64,000 nt of DNA from Longimicrobiales bacterium (GTDB lineage Bacteria > Gemmatimonadota > Gemmatimonadetes > Longimicrobiales > Gaopeijiaceae): NCBI GenBank assembly GCA_965116905.1, contig OZ220732.1, forward strand, positions 2,528,001-2,592,000, read 5' to 3'. Shown in pieces: positions 51,101 through 60,542 of the stretch. Every line of letters begins with the position of its first letter. Within the stretch, counting starts at the first letter, position 1. Both the position numbers and the translations under genes were made by a program. The notes beneath the pieces were generated by a model. That model was not told where the DNA came from. It saw nothing but the letters and a program-made list of their open reading frames with translations, and ran no database searches.

Positions 51101-51379
51101 CGACCCGAGTCCCTCCGAAGCCACCGACGCAACGCTCCTGACGCCCTCGAGCGACCGAATCCGCTCCTCGATCCGGCGGACGATGGATTCGTCCACCTCC
51201 GCCGGCGATGCGCCCGGGTACTGGACGGACACCTGAATCCGGTCCAGCGAGTGTTCCGGAAGCACCTCCTGGTCCAGGCTCCCGAGGGAGAGGAGTCCCG
51301 CCGCGAGGATCCCGACCATCAGCAGGTTGGACGCGACGCCGTTGCGGGCCATCCACGCGATCGGGCCCGCGGCCGTCAA
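48140..51379 (-). CDS. RND efflux permease, AcrB/AcrD/AcrF family
   Basis: YPGASPAEVD, GIVVDDAVVVGEN, GVVVNDSIV, RFRPIFLTSLTT; TTG 51379 overlaps the acyltransferase stop; Ala/Gly low-complexity insert. Confidence 0.92.
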   Translation of the reverse strand: MTAAGPIAWMARNGVASNLLMVGILAAGLLSLGSLDQEVLPEHSLDRIQVSVQYPGASPAEVDESIVRRIEERIRSLEGVRSVASVASEGLGSVVAELARGADADRLLDEIKAAVDGIPTLPAGAERPAVTEMTSRRSVMRIALYGEVQERTLKELAHRVEDELSSLPAVSDVRTSSVRDYEISIEVPTGRLNALGLTLSDVAAAVRSGTLELSAGSIDTPGEQVRIRTAGRSYTQHDFENIIVLAGSDGTTVRLGDISEVRDGFAEGGLVSRYNGQPAAFIEVYRTADERVLDISEAVERQLRESVAPGLPPGVRVDVWSNDADPLAARLGLMLKNGLLGLLLVLGVLTLFLDLRLAFWVAAGIAVSFVGTLAVMSVLDVSINLTSLFAFILAVGIVVDDAVVVGENIAAERDRGHGGLAAAIRGARRVRAPVTFGVLTTVVAFLPLFFVPSSVGAMAEAIPVVVISVLLFSLLESLLVLPNHLSGLPAGGFQERGLHNRARVRLHKRVQARVNRGLERFVNGPLDRILRFATSRPGIVIAGGAGVLIVCIAMIPAGIVGVAFTPTVEGDLVTASLEMPEGTPRARTASVAQELEDAGRRAVDRLSTGRSEGADAGADAAAGAGADAGADAGAGAGAEPLLTGVAVTLGGAPTTLGAAVTGPGGAPDSGPRAHIATVEFRLLDAERRTITASAVEQAWRDEAGDIAGYRSLSFSANLVDLGRPVHVELAHPDPVRLTAVTDTVAGLLRGWPGIFDVRSDQDQGVREIQLELKPAARTLGLALDDLARQVRAAFFGEEVVRLQRDREEVRVYARLPEHERNAIADLETYQVRTPTGGAVHLGQVAAARFGNSPIVIRRQDGSRVTAVTADAQTSATQPATQRLDAVLQEMSARDPGLEHSFAGERREVAESMGALGRGFALAMFAVYALLAIPFRSYIRPLIVMAAIPFGLVGAVLGHLLLGFEIAATSIFGFVGLSGVVVNDSIVMIDFITERRRAGMPVREAIIGGAKARFRPIFLTSLTTFLGVAPLILEQDLQARFLIPMAASLGFGIIAATGVLMVIVPALATLQMGPEKRGGP

Positions 51380-52569
51380 GTCGCCCCCCTCGGATAGCGG
51401 CGCCCGTTCAGCTGCTTCCCGATGAACGTCGGCCGCACGAAGTAGTGGTACGTCAACAGGATCAGGCCGATCGCCGTGACCGCGACGAGCGCGAACTTGA
51501 CCATCCCCGGCAGCGGCACGCCCGCCAGCGGAATGGGCAGCAGCATGACGAACGGCACGTGGACGATGTAGATCCAGTACGAGGCGTCCGCCATGTAGCG
51601 CCAGCGCGGGCTCGGCTTGCCCATGTAGCGCAGGAACAGTCCGATCAGGCCGTAGGTCATGAACCACATGGACAGCGCGAGGAAGACGACGGCCGGCAGG
51701 TGCCCCTCACCGGCCTCCGGGCAAGTCCTGTCCGGCTTGGGGGGGCAGCCCATCTCGAAGAAGTGCCGATACACGAGGAAGCACAGGATTCCGGCGGCGA
51801 GGAGGGCCCAGGCCGGGCGCTTGAAGCCCTCCAGCGTCCGGCGTCTGCGAAACAGCATCCACCCGAACCCGAAGAACAGGCCGTAAAGCGCCAGCTGGCG
51901 CGGGGCGGGGAAGGGGCCGGCGTAGTAGTCGATCGCCCACGACTCCATCCGGTAAAGGATGAGGCCCGCGGCCAGGATCAGCACCGCGATGCCTCCGCGG
52001 TGCAGCCAGTGCTCGAACAGGTCCATCGCCCGTGTGCGCGCGGCTGCGGGGATCCGGGCGACGAGCGGGCGAAGAACGGTTGCGGCCACGCACAGGATCA
52101 TCAGGTGGTACAGGAACCACAGATGCATGAACAGGTGGTCCAGGGCCCTGGACGAGGTCAGCTCCGAGAGGCTGTAGGCGGCGTTCGGCGGGGTGGCGCT
52201 GAACTGGGCGGCGAACGGCACGATGAAGAACATCGTGACCGCAAGCAGCGGCCATGCCACCAGGAACGGCACCCCGATCCGGCTCCATCGGTGCCGCAGG
52301 AATCCTCGAGAGCCGCGCGTGTCGAGCAGGTACGCGGCAAAGAACCCGGCGATCGCAAAGAAGACGGGCAGGTGGAACACGCGGATGAAGACGACCACCC
52401 AGTAGGCGAGCATGTCGGCCTGGGGGTCGCGGTACGGCCACTCGAAGAAGACGATGGGGACGTAGCTGACCGCCGCGTGGCGAACCACCCCGAGCAACAT
52501 CATGGACGCGCGCAGCCGGTCGAGGGCGTGGTACCGGGGGAGGCTGACCTCCGGTCGAGCGCCCGTCAA
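51376..52569 (-). CDS. Acyltransferase-3 membrane protein (OpgC/MdoC-like)
   Basis: RYHALDRLR, FHLPVFFAIAGFF, HLWFLY, ASYWIYIVH; multiple TM segments. Confidence 0.9.
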   Translation of the reverse strand: MTGARPEVSLPRYHALDRLRASMMLLGVVRHAAVSYVPIVFFEWPYRDPQADMLAYWVVVFIRVFHLPVFFAIAGFFAAYLLDTRGSRGFLRHRWSRIGVPFLVAWPLLAVTMFFIVPFAAQFSATPPNAAYSLSELTSSRALDHLFMHLWFLYHLMILCVAATVLRPLVARIPAAARTRAMDLFEHWLHRGGIAVLILAAGLILYRMESWAIDYYAGPFPAPRQLALYGLFFGFGWMLFRRRRTLEGFKRPAWALLAAGILCFLVYRHFFEMGCPPKPDRTCPEAGEGHLPAVVFLALSMWFMTYGLIGLFLRYMGKPSPRWRYMADASYWIYIVHVPFVMLLPIPLAGVPLPGMVKFALVAVTAIGLILLTYHYFVRPTFIGKQLNGRRYPRGAT

Positions 52570-52579
52570 GCGATCTGAC

Positions 52580-54580
52580 CTAGCGGACCGTGGTCGCGAC
52601 GTCGTCGGTCCGCCGCCCGAGGACGCGGATCCTGAAGCCCACGGGTTGCATGGTCGGGAACGACCTCACCTGCAACTCAAAGTCGGGCGCGAGCGGCTCA
52701 AGCTCGAGCTCCCTCAGTATCGTGGCCATGGTAAGCGCGAGCTGAACCGGGACGAGACCGCTGCCGAGACACCGGTGGTTGCCGGCCCCGAAGGGAGCGT
52801 AGGCGCCGCGCTGCCGGTGTTCGCCGCGAGCCGGCGTGTAGCGGTCGATGTCGAAGCGCTCCGGATTGGGGAAGTACTCTTCGAGCGTGTGACCGACCGC
52901 TGTTCCGATCATGACCTGCGTGCCCGCGGGAACCCGGTGACCCGCGAACTCGAACGAGTTGGCGGTCGTCCGAAGCACGGCGGGCGAAACCGGATGGAGC
53001 CGCAGGGTCTCCATCGCCACGCGCCGCGAGACATCGAGCCCCTTCAGGCCCTCGGCTGTGACCGGGCCCTGATCGAAGAGGGCGTCGGCCTCCGCGGTCA
53101 TGCTCTCCATGATCTGCGGGCGCTTCACCACGTTGTAGATCATGAACGCACAGGTGCTCGCCGTGGTGTCCAGTCCGACCATGTAGGGAGCGAGCACCGT
53201 CAGGGGCAGGTTGGTTTCGGGAAGAAGCTGGGGGTCGGCTTCACGCAGCTCGAGCATCTGATCGATGAAGTCGGGCGTCGTTCTGCGCGGACCCACCCTG
53301 CGCTTGTGTGCGAGGACCGCGCGGGCCAGCTCGCGGCCCCGCTCACGCGCGCGGCGGAATCGCCGGAGTTTCATGACGTGGGGTACCGTCGCGGCGCTGA
53401 GGAGCAGTCCGCCGAGGAGCGTGGACAGGTCCCGCGTGTACCCCTCCGGAGAATAGCCCGCCATCATGTGGCCCATCTGCTCGGCGATCATGTTCTGGAA
53501 CGCCGGCAAGGCCTCGAACGGCTCGCCCACCGGCCACCCGCCGATATCGTCACGGGTGATGTCGGCAACCTCCTGCGCGCGGTCCCTCATGATCCGGACC
53601 GCATATCCCCTGGCCTGGGCCTTCCGGGTCGTGACGTGATCGATCCCGTCCATGGTCAGAATCGAACGCGACGAGTCCATCTGGTTGTGGAATTCCGCCA
53701 TGGGTTCGAGCGACCGGAACACGGTCTTCCCGTGCGACGTGAGAAAATTGGCCGCTTCCGGCCCCGCGATGCACACGAATCGGCGCCCGGGTGCGCGTAT
53801 CCTGAAGATCGGGCCCAGCTCGCGGTACTGCCGGGCAAGGAACGCCACCAGTCCCCTCCGCATGGCCAGACCGTTGCCCAGCAGCGGCAGGCCCGGCACC
53901 ACCGGGATCTCCTTCGGCCGCCGGGGCTTCGGCTGCAGTTCATCGCGCGCCTCGATTCCTTCTATCGCCAGACTCATCGTCCGGCCGATCAGGTCGAGAT
54001 TCTTCAGCAGATCGATGCGGTCCCGGACCTGCTCCCGCTCCTCCGCCGACAGGATGGTGCGGAACACGCCGCAGGAGTTCGCGAGCGCGATGATCGCGAT
54101 GTCGCGCGGGTCGGGAACATCGTCGCTGAACAGGACCCGCATGATCCTCAGCCTGGCTTCCTCGACCGGCTGCCCGTCGGAGACGGGATAGCGCCGGGAG
54201 CGGGACACCGAGGGGGTCAGCGACAGGACGCCGTGTGCTTCCGATCTGAGGACGCCTCTTTCCGTCAGGCGCGCCAGCGCGGCCTTGCGGATCCGGCGTC
54301 CCCGCCGCGCCGTCCGTTCGAGCCAGTAGCCGGCGTCATGCGTTTCGCCGGCGCCAGCGATCTCGGCCAGCGTCGCGTCGAGGATGTCGTCGCCGAGGGG
54401 CGTTGAGTCGACGAGCATCAACCGCTCGAGATCCGTGTCGATGCGATCCTCGAGTGCGAGATCCATCAGGACGGCTCCGGCCAGCGCCAGATCGAACGAG
54501 TGCTCGGGCAGGCCGGGGGCCAGTTCGCCGCGCGCTTCGTCGAGAACGAGAACGAGGATCTCTTCTGCGAATCTCAGCAT
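52580..54580 (-). CDS. GPP34 (Golgi phosphoprotein 3-like) domain fused to cytochrome P450
   Basis: N-terminus FAEEILVLVLD...LAGAVLMDLALEDRI...LTERGVL; P450 I-helix VGLDTT, ExxR (ETLR), PERF, haem motif PFGAGNHRCLG. Confidence 0.88.
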   Translation of the reverse strand: MLRFAEEILVLVLDEARGELAPGLPEHSFDLALAGAVLMDLALEDRIDTDLERLMLVDSTPLGDDILDATLAEIAGAGETHDAGYWLERTARRGRRIRKAALARLTERGVLRSEAHGVLSLTPSVSRSRRYPVSDGQPVEEARLRIMRVLFSDDVPDPRDIAIIALANSCGVFRTILSAEEREQVRDRIDLLKNLDLIGRTMSLAIEGIEARDELQPKPRRPKEIPVVPGLPLLGNGLAMRRGLVAFLARQYRELGPIFRIRAPGRRFVCIAGPEAANFLTSHGKTVFRSLEPMAEFHNQMDSSRSILTMDGIDHVTTRKAQARGYAVRIMRDRAQEVADITRDDIGGWPVGEPFEALPAFQNMIAEQMGHMMAGYSPEGYTRDLSTLLGGLLLSAATVPHVMKLRRFRRARERGRELARAVLAHKRRVGPRRTTPDFIDQMLELREADPQLLPETNLPLTVLAPYMVGLDTTASTCAFMIYNVVKRPQIMESMTAEADALFDQGPVTAEGLKGLDVSRRVAMETLRLHPVSPAVLRTTANSFEFAGHRVPAGTQVMIGTAVGHTLEEYFPNPERFDIDRYTPARGEHRQRGAYAPFGAGNHRCLGSGLVPVQLALTMATILRELELEPLAPDFELQVRSFPTMQPVGFRIRVLGRRTDDVATTVR

Positions 54581-54830
54581 GTGGTTGGTGCAAAGTTGTG
54601 GCTAGCGTCCGAGCGGAGCGTCGACAGAAGGCGACAAGATGTTCATGAAGTTTTGTAACAGAGTGATCATATCGCGATTGTTACATCTGATTCATGAGAT
54701 TATCGTGATTGCCGCAGATCCGGCAAGGAGATTCTCAGGTCATCCGTCGAGGTGCAGCTTGCTGTAACGTTTGTTATTATAAACACTACAAGGATTAAAG
54801 TACGTATTATTGAACGGTAATGGAAAACAG

Positions 54831-55193
54831 ATGCCTTCTCACATCCGCAAGACCCTGCCGCTACCGGTCCGGCGCACCCTCAGCAAGCTCGGAAGCGACA
54901 TTCGGGATGCCCGGCTGCGCCGCCGCATCCGCGCGTCGACGTTGGCGGAGCGAGCGCTCATCAGTCGCACGACGCTCCACAAGATCGAACGGGGCGATGC
55001 GGGAGTGTCCATGGGCATGTACGCCACGGTCCTGTTCGTGCTGGGCATGCACGACGGCATTGCGGAGCTGGCCGACCGCAGCCGGGACGGGATCGGGCTC
55101 GATCTGCTGGAAGAGCGCCTGCCTCAGCGCGTGCGCGTGCCCTCGGCCGCGCGTCGGAAAGGTGATACGCGCTCCCTGGGGGTGGACGACTAG
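54831..55193 (+). CDS. XRE-family HTH protein, HipB-like, orphan
   Basis: LGSDIRDARLRRR...LAERALISRTTLHKIERGD.GVS.G.YATVLFVLG...LPQRVR. Confidence 0.85.
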   Translation: MPSHIRKTLPLPVRRTLSKLGSDIRDARLRRRIRASTLAERALISRTTLHKIERGDAGVSMGMYATVLFVLGMHDGIAELADRSRDGIGLDLLEERLPQRVRVPSAARRKGDTRSLGVDD

Positions 55194-55203
55194 GGTGCCG
55201 GTA

Positions 55204-56412
55204 TCACGGATCTCCCCGTTGCGACATCCCCTCCACCGTCGTCGACGCCGCCATGTGGCCGATCACGTTGGCCGCTGAGCGGAACACGTCCGGCACTCGG
55301 TCGATCCCGAGCAGGATCCCGAGCCCGGCTATGGGCACGCCCACCACGTTGAGCGCGGGCACGAGCGACACGATGCTGGCGCTGGGCACGGGCGCGACCG
55401 TCATCGAGGCCAGGAAGATCGCCAATACCGCCGCCGCGATCATCCCGGCGTCGAGGGGCACGCCGTACATGGCGGTGAGGAAGACCAGCGAGCAGGCCTG
55501 AAACAGCGCGCTCCCCGGGCGGTTGATCGACGCCGCCAGCGGCAGGACCAGCGTGAAGGTGCGCTTCGACAGGCCGAGCTTCTCCGCCTCCTGCAGCATC
55601 ATCGGCAGCGTCCCCACCGATGTCGTCGTGGTGAACCCCACGGTGTACGAGCCCACCGTCCCCCGGATGAACCGCGCCGGTCCCACACCGCCCAGGATCC
55701 GGACCAGCGGCAGCAGCACGAAAGCCTTCATGATGAAGAGGCCCACCACCACGGCGACGATGAACACGGCGAGGTTCTGCAGCATCGCCAGCCCGGTCTG
55801 CGCGATCACCGGCGCCGCGAGACCGAACACGCCGACGGGCGCCGTCCAGAGAATCCACGTCATGAGCTTGATGAGGGCGTCGCCGAGCGTTTCCACGAAG
55901 GACGTGAGCGTCTGCTGCTTCTCGTCGGGCAGGGTGGTGGTGGCCGCCCCGAGGAGGACGACGAAGATGAGGAGGGGAAGGAGCGCGCCGTCGGCGGCGA
56001 CCTCGACCGGGTTCCGCGGCACGAGGTTGACCAGGAAGTCGACCACGCCGGGCGCCGCGGTGTCCAGTTCCGCCCCGGTCGTGGGCGGCGGCACCGGAGC
56101 CGTGAAGTTGAGCGCGAGGCTCATGATGCCCATCCCGATCAGGATCGCGGGCAGCGTGGTCACCCAGAAGAACCCGACCGCCAGGCCGCCCAGCCGTCCC
56201 AGTTCGCGCAGGTTGGCGATCCGCCCCACGCCCACGAAGACGACCGCCGCCACCAGCGGGATGACGACCATCTGAATCGCGCGCAGGAAGACCTGGCCGA
56301 GGGGTTCGGCGGCCTCGGCCATCCACAGCAGCGCCGGAGAACCGGTCGCGGAGGCGGCGATCCCGAGCGCCAGCCCGAGCCCCAGCCCGATGAGAATGGC
56401 GCGGGTGTTCAC
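55204..56412 (-). CDS. Dicarboxylate/amino acid:cation symporter (DAACS)
   Basis: FLRAIQMVVIPLV, TTTSVGTLP, LAASINRPGS, IDRVPDVFRSAANV; GTG 56412. Confidence 0.92.
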   Translation of the reverse strand: MNTRAILIGLGLGLALGIAASATGSPALLWMAEAAEPLGQVFLRAIQMVVIPLVAAVVFVGVGRIANLRELGRLGGLAVGFFWVTTLPAILIGMGIMSLALNFTAPVPPPTTGAELDTAAPGVVDFLVNLVPRNPVEVAADGALLPLLIFVVLLGAATTTLPDEKQQTLTSFVETLGDALIKLMTWILWTAPVGVFGLAAPVIAQTGLAMLQNLAVFIVAVVVGLFIMKAFVLLPLVRILGGVGPARFIRGTVGSYTVGFTTTTSVGTLPMMLQEAEKLGLSKRTFTLVLPLAASINRPGSALFQACSLVFLTAMYGVPLDAGMIAAAVLAIFLASMTVAPVPSASIVSLVPALNVVGVPIAGLGILLGIDRVPDVFRSAANVIGHMAASTTVEGMSQRGDP

Positions 56413-56588
56413 GCGCGTATGGCTCGTGTGTTCACGTCGGCAATCTGGATCCGATGCCCGGAAGTGGCAACCGTCGAACACAGGGCGGCGCCTGCGATTG
56501 CCGCATCCGGGTTGCCATCCCATCCCGCGCGGTCCACAGTCAGGACTTTCGCAATCGAGACCCGTGCCCGACCGACCCGACCGACTGG

Positions 56589-58352
56589 ATGAAACTGTCC
56601 ATGGCCAGAAAGACCGCAGTGCTTCCGGGGCTGACCGTGCTGTGGCTCATTGCCGCGGTTCCGGGTGCCGCCAATGGTCAGGAGGTCCGCGGCAGGCTCG
56701 TCGACGCCGCTGGCGGAAGCGGGATTGGAGGCGCGATGGTGAGCCTGGAAGACCGGGCAGGCCGATCGCTCGATCGGGTACTTACGCGCACCGGGAGCGG
56801 ACTGTTCCAGCTGCGGATACCCGCACCTGGCGAGTACCGCATCAGGGCCGAGCGTATTGGCTACGCCTCGACGCTCTCCGACTACTTCAACGTGGCTTCC
56901 ACGGACACGGTGACAATCGAGTTGGCAGCCCGGATCGAGCCGATCGGCCTGACGGGGATAGAAGCGGAGGCCGACCGCAGGTGCCGCGTGCGGCCCGAAG
57001 AGGGTCTGGCCGTCGCCCGGGTGTGGGAGGAGGCGCGGAAGGCTCTCGCGGCAGCGGCATGGACCCGGGAGCGTGGACTCTACCGCTATGAGATGCTCAC
57101 GATCAGACGTCGGCTGGATGCCGGGGGCCGCAGGGTGGAGCGGGAGGACCGGGACTATCTGGAGGTATCGGCCGCTACGCCCTACGAGTCCCGTCCCGCC
57201 GACTCGCTGTTGGCCGAGGGATTCGTGCGGCTCTCGGACCAGGGTGTCGTGTTCTGGGGACCGGACGCCGATGTGCTGCTTTCCGACTACTTCGTGGACA
57301 CACACTGCTTTCGACTCGGGCCGGGCGAGCGTCAGCAGGGAGAACTGCTCGGCCTGGAGTTCGAGCCGGTGCCGGATCGGGACGTGGCGGAAGTTGCCGG
57401 GACCATGTGGCTCGACCCTGTCTCCGCGCACCTGAAGCGTCTGGATTTTCAGTACGTCAACCTCGGCGTTCCCGCACGGCTCATGCGGGCTTCTCCCGGC
57501 GGCAGCGTGGAATTCATGACGCTGCCCAATGGCACGTGGATCATCCCCTCCTGGCACCTTCGCATGTTCCGGCCGGATCCCGCAGCTTCCCTGGCGGCCA
57601 TCATCATGGAGCATGGTGAGGTGCTCCGGGTTCGTGATGAGCGGGGCGTGGTCTTCGAGGGCGACAGGGGCGGCCGCATTGTGGGCACCGTCTTCGACAG
57701 TCTGGGTGCCGGGCTGCCCGGGGCTCGCGTGTTCCTCAACGGTGACGGGACGGAAGTGGTCACGGATGCCGACGGCCGATTCGAAATGACCCACCTCGGT
57801 CCCTGGATATACTCCGTCTATTTCACGCACCCCTACATGGAGCGACTTGGGTACCAGCCCGAGCCGGTCGATGTGGAGGTCGGATCGGACGCGTCCAGTC
57901 CGGTCCGGGTGGACTTCGAGTCACCCCCGATGAATGAGGTGCTCGACGATGTCTGTGGCGGTATCAGGCAGCCGGGACCAACGCAAACCGCGGAAGGCCG
58001 TATTGTCTGGTACGAGGGCGTCCTGACCATGGCCGTGACCGACTCGGACGGGAATCCGGTCGCGGACGCGAATGTTCTGACCGTGACGGCCGCTCCCGGG
58101 GCGGAGGACCTCGGCGAAGACGGCTACCGGATCATCGGCAGGACCAGTGCGTCGGGACTCTATCGGATGTGTTGGGTGCCGGTGGACCTGCCTCTGGAGT
58201 TGGTGGCGCTGAACCGTGGCGAGAGGTTCGACCGCGACGCTTTCGAGGATGGCGCCGCGCTGGCCGATCTCTTCCCCGGCAGAGTTCAGTCGATCACCAT
58301 CGCCCGGGAGGCACCGTACCGAACCCTCCTGTTGCGAGTCGAGACCAGGTAG
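56589..58352 (+). CDS. Secreted protein with several carboxypeptidase-regulatory-like domains
   Basis: Signal peptide; VRGRLVD, YRIRAERIGY, GPDADVLLSDYFVDTHCF, TDADGRF. Confidence 0.75.
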   Translation: MKLSMARKTAVLPGLTVLWLIAAVPGAANGQEVRGRLVDAAGGSGIGGAMVSLEDRAGRSLDRVLTRTGSGLFQLRIPAPGEYRIRAERIGYASTLSDYFNVASTDTVTIELAARIEPIGLTGIEAEADRRCRVRPEEGLAVARVWEEARKALAAAAWTRERGLYRYEMLTIRRRLDAGGRRVEREDRDYLEVSAATPYESRPADSLLAEGFVRLSDQGVVFWGPDADVLLSDYFVDTHCFRLGPGERQQGELLGLEFEPVPDRDVAEVAGTMWLDPVSAHLKRLDFQYVNLGVPARLMRASPGGSVEFMTLPNGTWIIPSWHLRMFRPDPAASLAAIIMEHGEVLRVRDERGVVFEGDRGGRIVGTVFDSLGAGLPGARVFLNGDGTEVVTDADGRFEMTHLGPWIYSVYFTHPYMERLGYQPEPVDVEVGSDASSPVRVDFESPPMNEVLDDVCGGIRQPGPTQTAEGRIVWYEGVLTMAVTDSDGNPVADANVLTVTAAPGAEDLGEDGYRIIGRTSASGLYRMCWVPVDLPLELVALNRGERFDRDAFEDGAALADLFPGRVQSITIAREAPYRTLLLRVETR

Positions 58353-58427
58353 TGGCACGGTTGCCATCCCACCCCCCTGCGCCCCAACCTCATCCTGCAG
58401 CGATCCCCCACGCAGGAGTGACACCCG

Positions 58428-60542
58428 ATGGACCCGCGCCCACGCCCCGACCCTCACCGCAGGCTCCCCTGCACACCACACCTCGGCCGGCCCATCGCCG
58501 CGATCGTCGCCGTTGCGGCCATCTTCGCCCTCTCATCCCCCCAACCCACCGCCGCGCAGGAGCAGACCGGCCGACTGACGCCGGAGTTGTATTTCGAGTG
58601 GGAGGAGGTGCGTCCGTTCCTGCTCGCGGGCGGGATGGGGCCGCAGATTTCGCCCGACGGGAGCCAGGTGCTCTACGAGCGGCGGCACATCGACAAGATG
58701 AAGGACCGCTGGGTGTCGGAACTGCACATCGTGGGTGCGGATGGCGAGCGGCCCCGGCGGCTGACCGGCGGCGGCGGCGCGGTGTGGTCTCCGGACGGCG
58801 AGCGGATCGCATTCGTGCGCGCGGACGGCGACGGCACCCCGCAGATCTTCGTGCGCTGGATGGACGCGGAGGGGGCCGAGACGCAGGTGAGCCACCTCAC
58901 GCAAGGGCCGGGCGGTCTGACCTGGTCGCCCGACGGGGAGACGCTGGCCTTCTCGATGATGGTGCCCTCGGAGCCCGAGTGGACGGTCACGATTCCCGGG
59001 CGTCCGGAGGGGGCGGAGTGGACGGTGGAGCCGAAGGTGGTGACGCGGCCCAACTACCGGCGCGACTACGTGGGGTATACCGACGGCGGGTACCGGCACG
59101 TCTTCGTGCTTCCGGCCACGGGCGGCACGCCGCGCCAGCTGACCGACGGCGACTGGAACCACGGGGCGCCGGTGTGGTCTGCGGACGGCTCGGAGCTCTT
59201 CTTTTCGGCGCTGCGCGAGGATGACGCCGACTACCGTTTCCGCGAATCCGAAATCTACGCGGTGTCGGTGTCGTCGGGTGCGATCCGCCAGCTGACCACC
59301 CGCGCCGGGTCCGACCACTCGCCGGTGCCGTCGCCGGACGGCCGCCTGATTGCGTACCTGGGCCACGACGAGACCGACGACGCGTACTACGCCGACAACA
59401 TCTACGTGATGAGCGTGGACGGGAGCGGCGTGCGGGAAATCGCGACGGACCGCGACCGTGATCCCTCCGGGCTGCGCTGGGCGGCGGACGGCAGCGGTGT
59501 GTACTACAATGCGCCCGACGGCGGTGCCGAGAACCTGTACTTCGCGCCGCTCGACGGGCCGGTGCTCCAGATTACCGAGGGCGAGCACTACCTGACTGTC
59601 TACTCGATGGCGGCCAACGGCATGGCGGCGGGTGTGCTCTCCAGCGCGCACGAGCCCGGCGACGTCGTCGTCTTCGACGTGGCCGCGGGCGGCGAGATCA
59701 GCAAGATCACCGACGTGAACGGCGACATCCTTGCCGGGGTCGAGCTGGGCGAAGTCGAGGACGTCTGGTACGAGTCTTCCGACGGCCTGGAGATCCAGGG
59801 CTGGATCGTGAAGCCGCCGGACTTCGATCCGTCGAAGAAGTACCCGCTGATGCTTGCGATCCACGGGGGACCGCACGGCCGCTACGGCTTCGGGACGCCG
59901 TACATGTGGTACGAATGGCAGCTCGAGGCGGCGAGCGGGTACGTGGTGCTGTACACGAATCCGCGCGGCAGTTCGGGGTACGGGAGCGCGTTCGGCAACG
60001 AGATCGAGAACGCGTATCCCGGCATGGACTACGACGACCTGATGGCCGGCGTCGACGTGGTGCTGGAGCGCGGCTACATCGACGACCAGAACATGTTCGT
60101 CTACGGGTGCAGCGGGGGCGGGGTGCTCACGGCGTGGGTCGTCGGGCACACCGACCGGTTCGCGGCCGCCTCGTCGGAGTGTCCGGTCACCAACTGGTTC
60201 TCCTTCGTGGGCACGACCGACGGCCTCGGCTGGTACAACAACTTCGAGCACCTCCCGTGGGAGGACCCGAGCGAGCACCTGCGCCGTTCCCCGCTGATGT
60301 ACGTGGGCAACGTCACAACCCCGACGCTGCTGATCACCGGCGAGGGCGATCTGCGGACCCCGATGGGGCAGACCGAAGAGTACTATCAGGCGCTCCAGAT
60401 GCTGAAGGTGCCGACCGCGATGGTCCGCCTGCAGGACGAGTGGCATGCGTACTTCTACCGGCCCACGAACACGATCCGCACGTGGATGTACCGCATGGAC
60501 TGGTTCCGGAAGCACTCGCGGGGACAGGGGCCTGTGACATGA
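58428..60542 (+). CDS. S9-family peptidase with beta-propeller
   Basis: WSPDG repeats, IHGGP, NPRGSSGYG, nucleophile GCSGGG, D (GDLR), H (EWH). Confidence 0.93.
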   Translation: MDPRPRPDPHRRLPCTPHLGRPIAAIVAVAAIFALSSPQPTAAQEQTGRLTPELYFEWEEVRPFLLAGGMGPQISPDGSQVLYERRHIDKMKDRWVSELHIVGADGERPRRLTGGGGAVWSPDGERIAFVRADGDGTPQIFVRWMDAEGAETQVSHLTQGPGGLTWSPDGETLAFSMMVPSEPEWTVTIPGRPEGAEWTVEPKVVTRPNYRRDYVGYTDGGYRHVFVLPATGGTPRQLTDGDWNHGAPVWSADGSELFFSALREDDADYRFRESEIYAVSVSSGAIRQLTTRAGSDHSPVPSPDGRLIAYLGHDETDDAYYADNIYVMSVDGSGVREIATDRDRDPSGLRWAADGSGVYYNAPDGGAENLYFAPLDGPVLQITEGEHYLTVYSMAANGMAAGVLSSAHEPGDVVVFDVAAGGEISKITDVNGDILAGVELGEVEDVWYESSDGLEIQGWIVKPPDFDPSKKYPLMLAIHGGPHGRYGFGTPYMWYEWQLEAASGYVVLYTNPRGSSGYGSAFGNEIENAYPGMDYDDLMAGVDVVLERGYIDDQNMFVYGCSGGGVLTAWVVGHTDRFAAASSECPVTNWFSFVGTTDGLGWYNNFEHLPWEDPSEHLRRSPLMYVGNVTTPTLLITGEGDLRTPMGQTEEYYQALQMLKVPTAMVRLQDEWHAYFYRPTNTIRTWMYRMDWFRKHSRGQGPVT

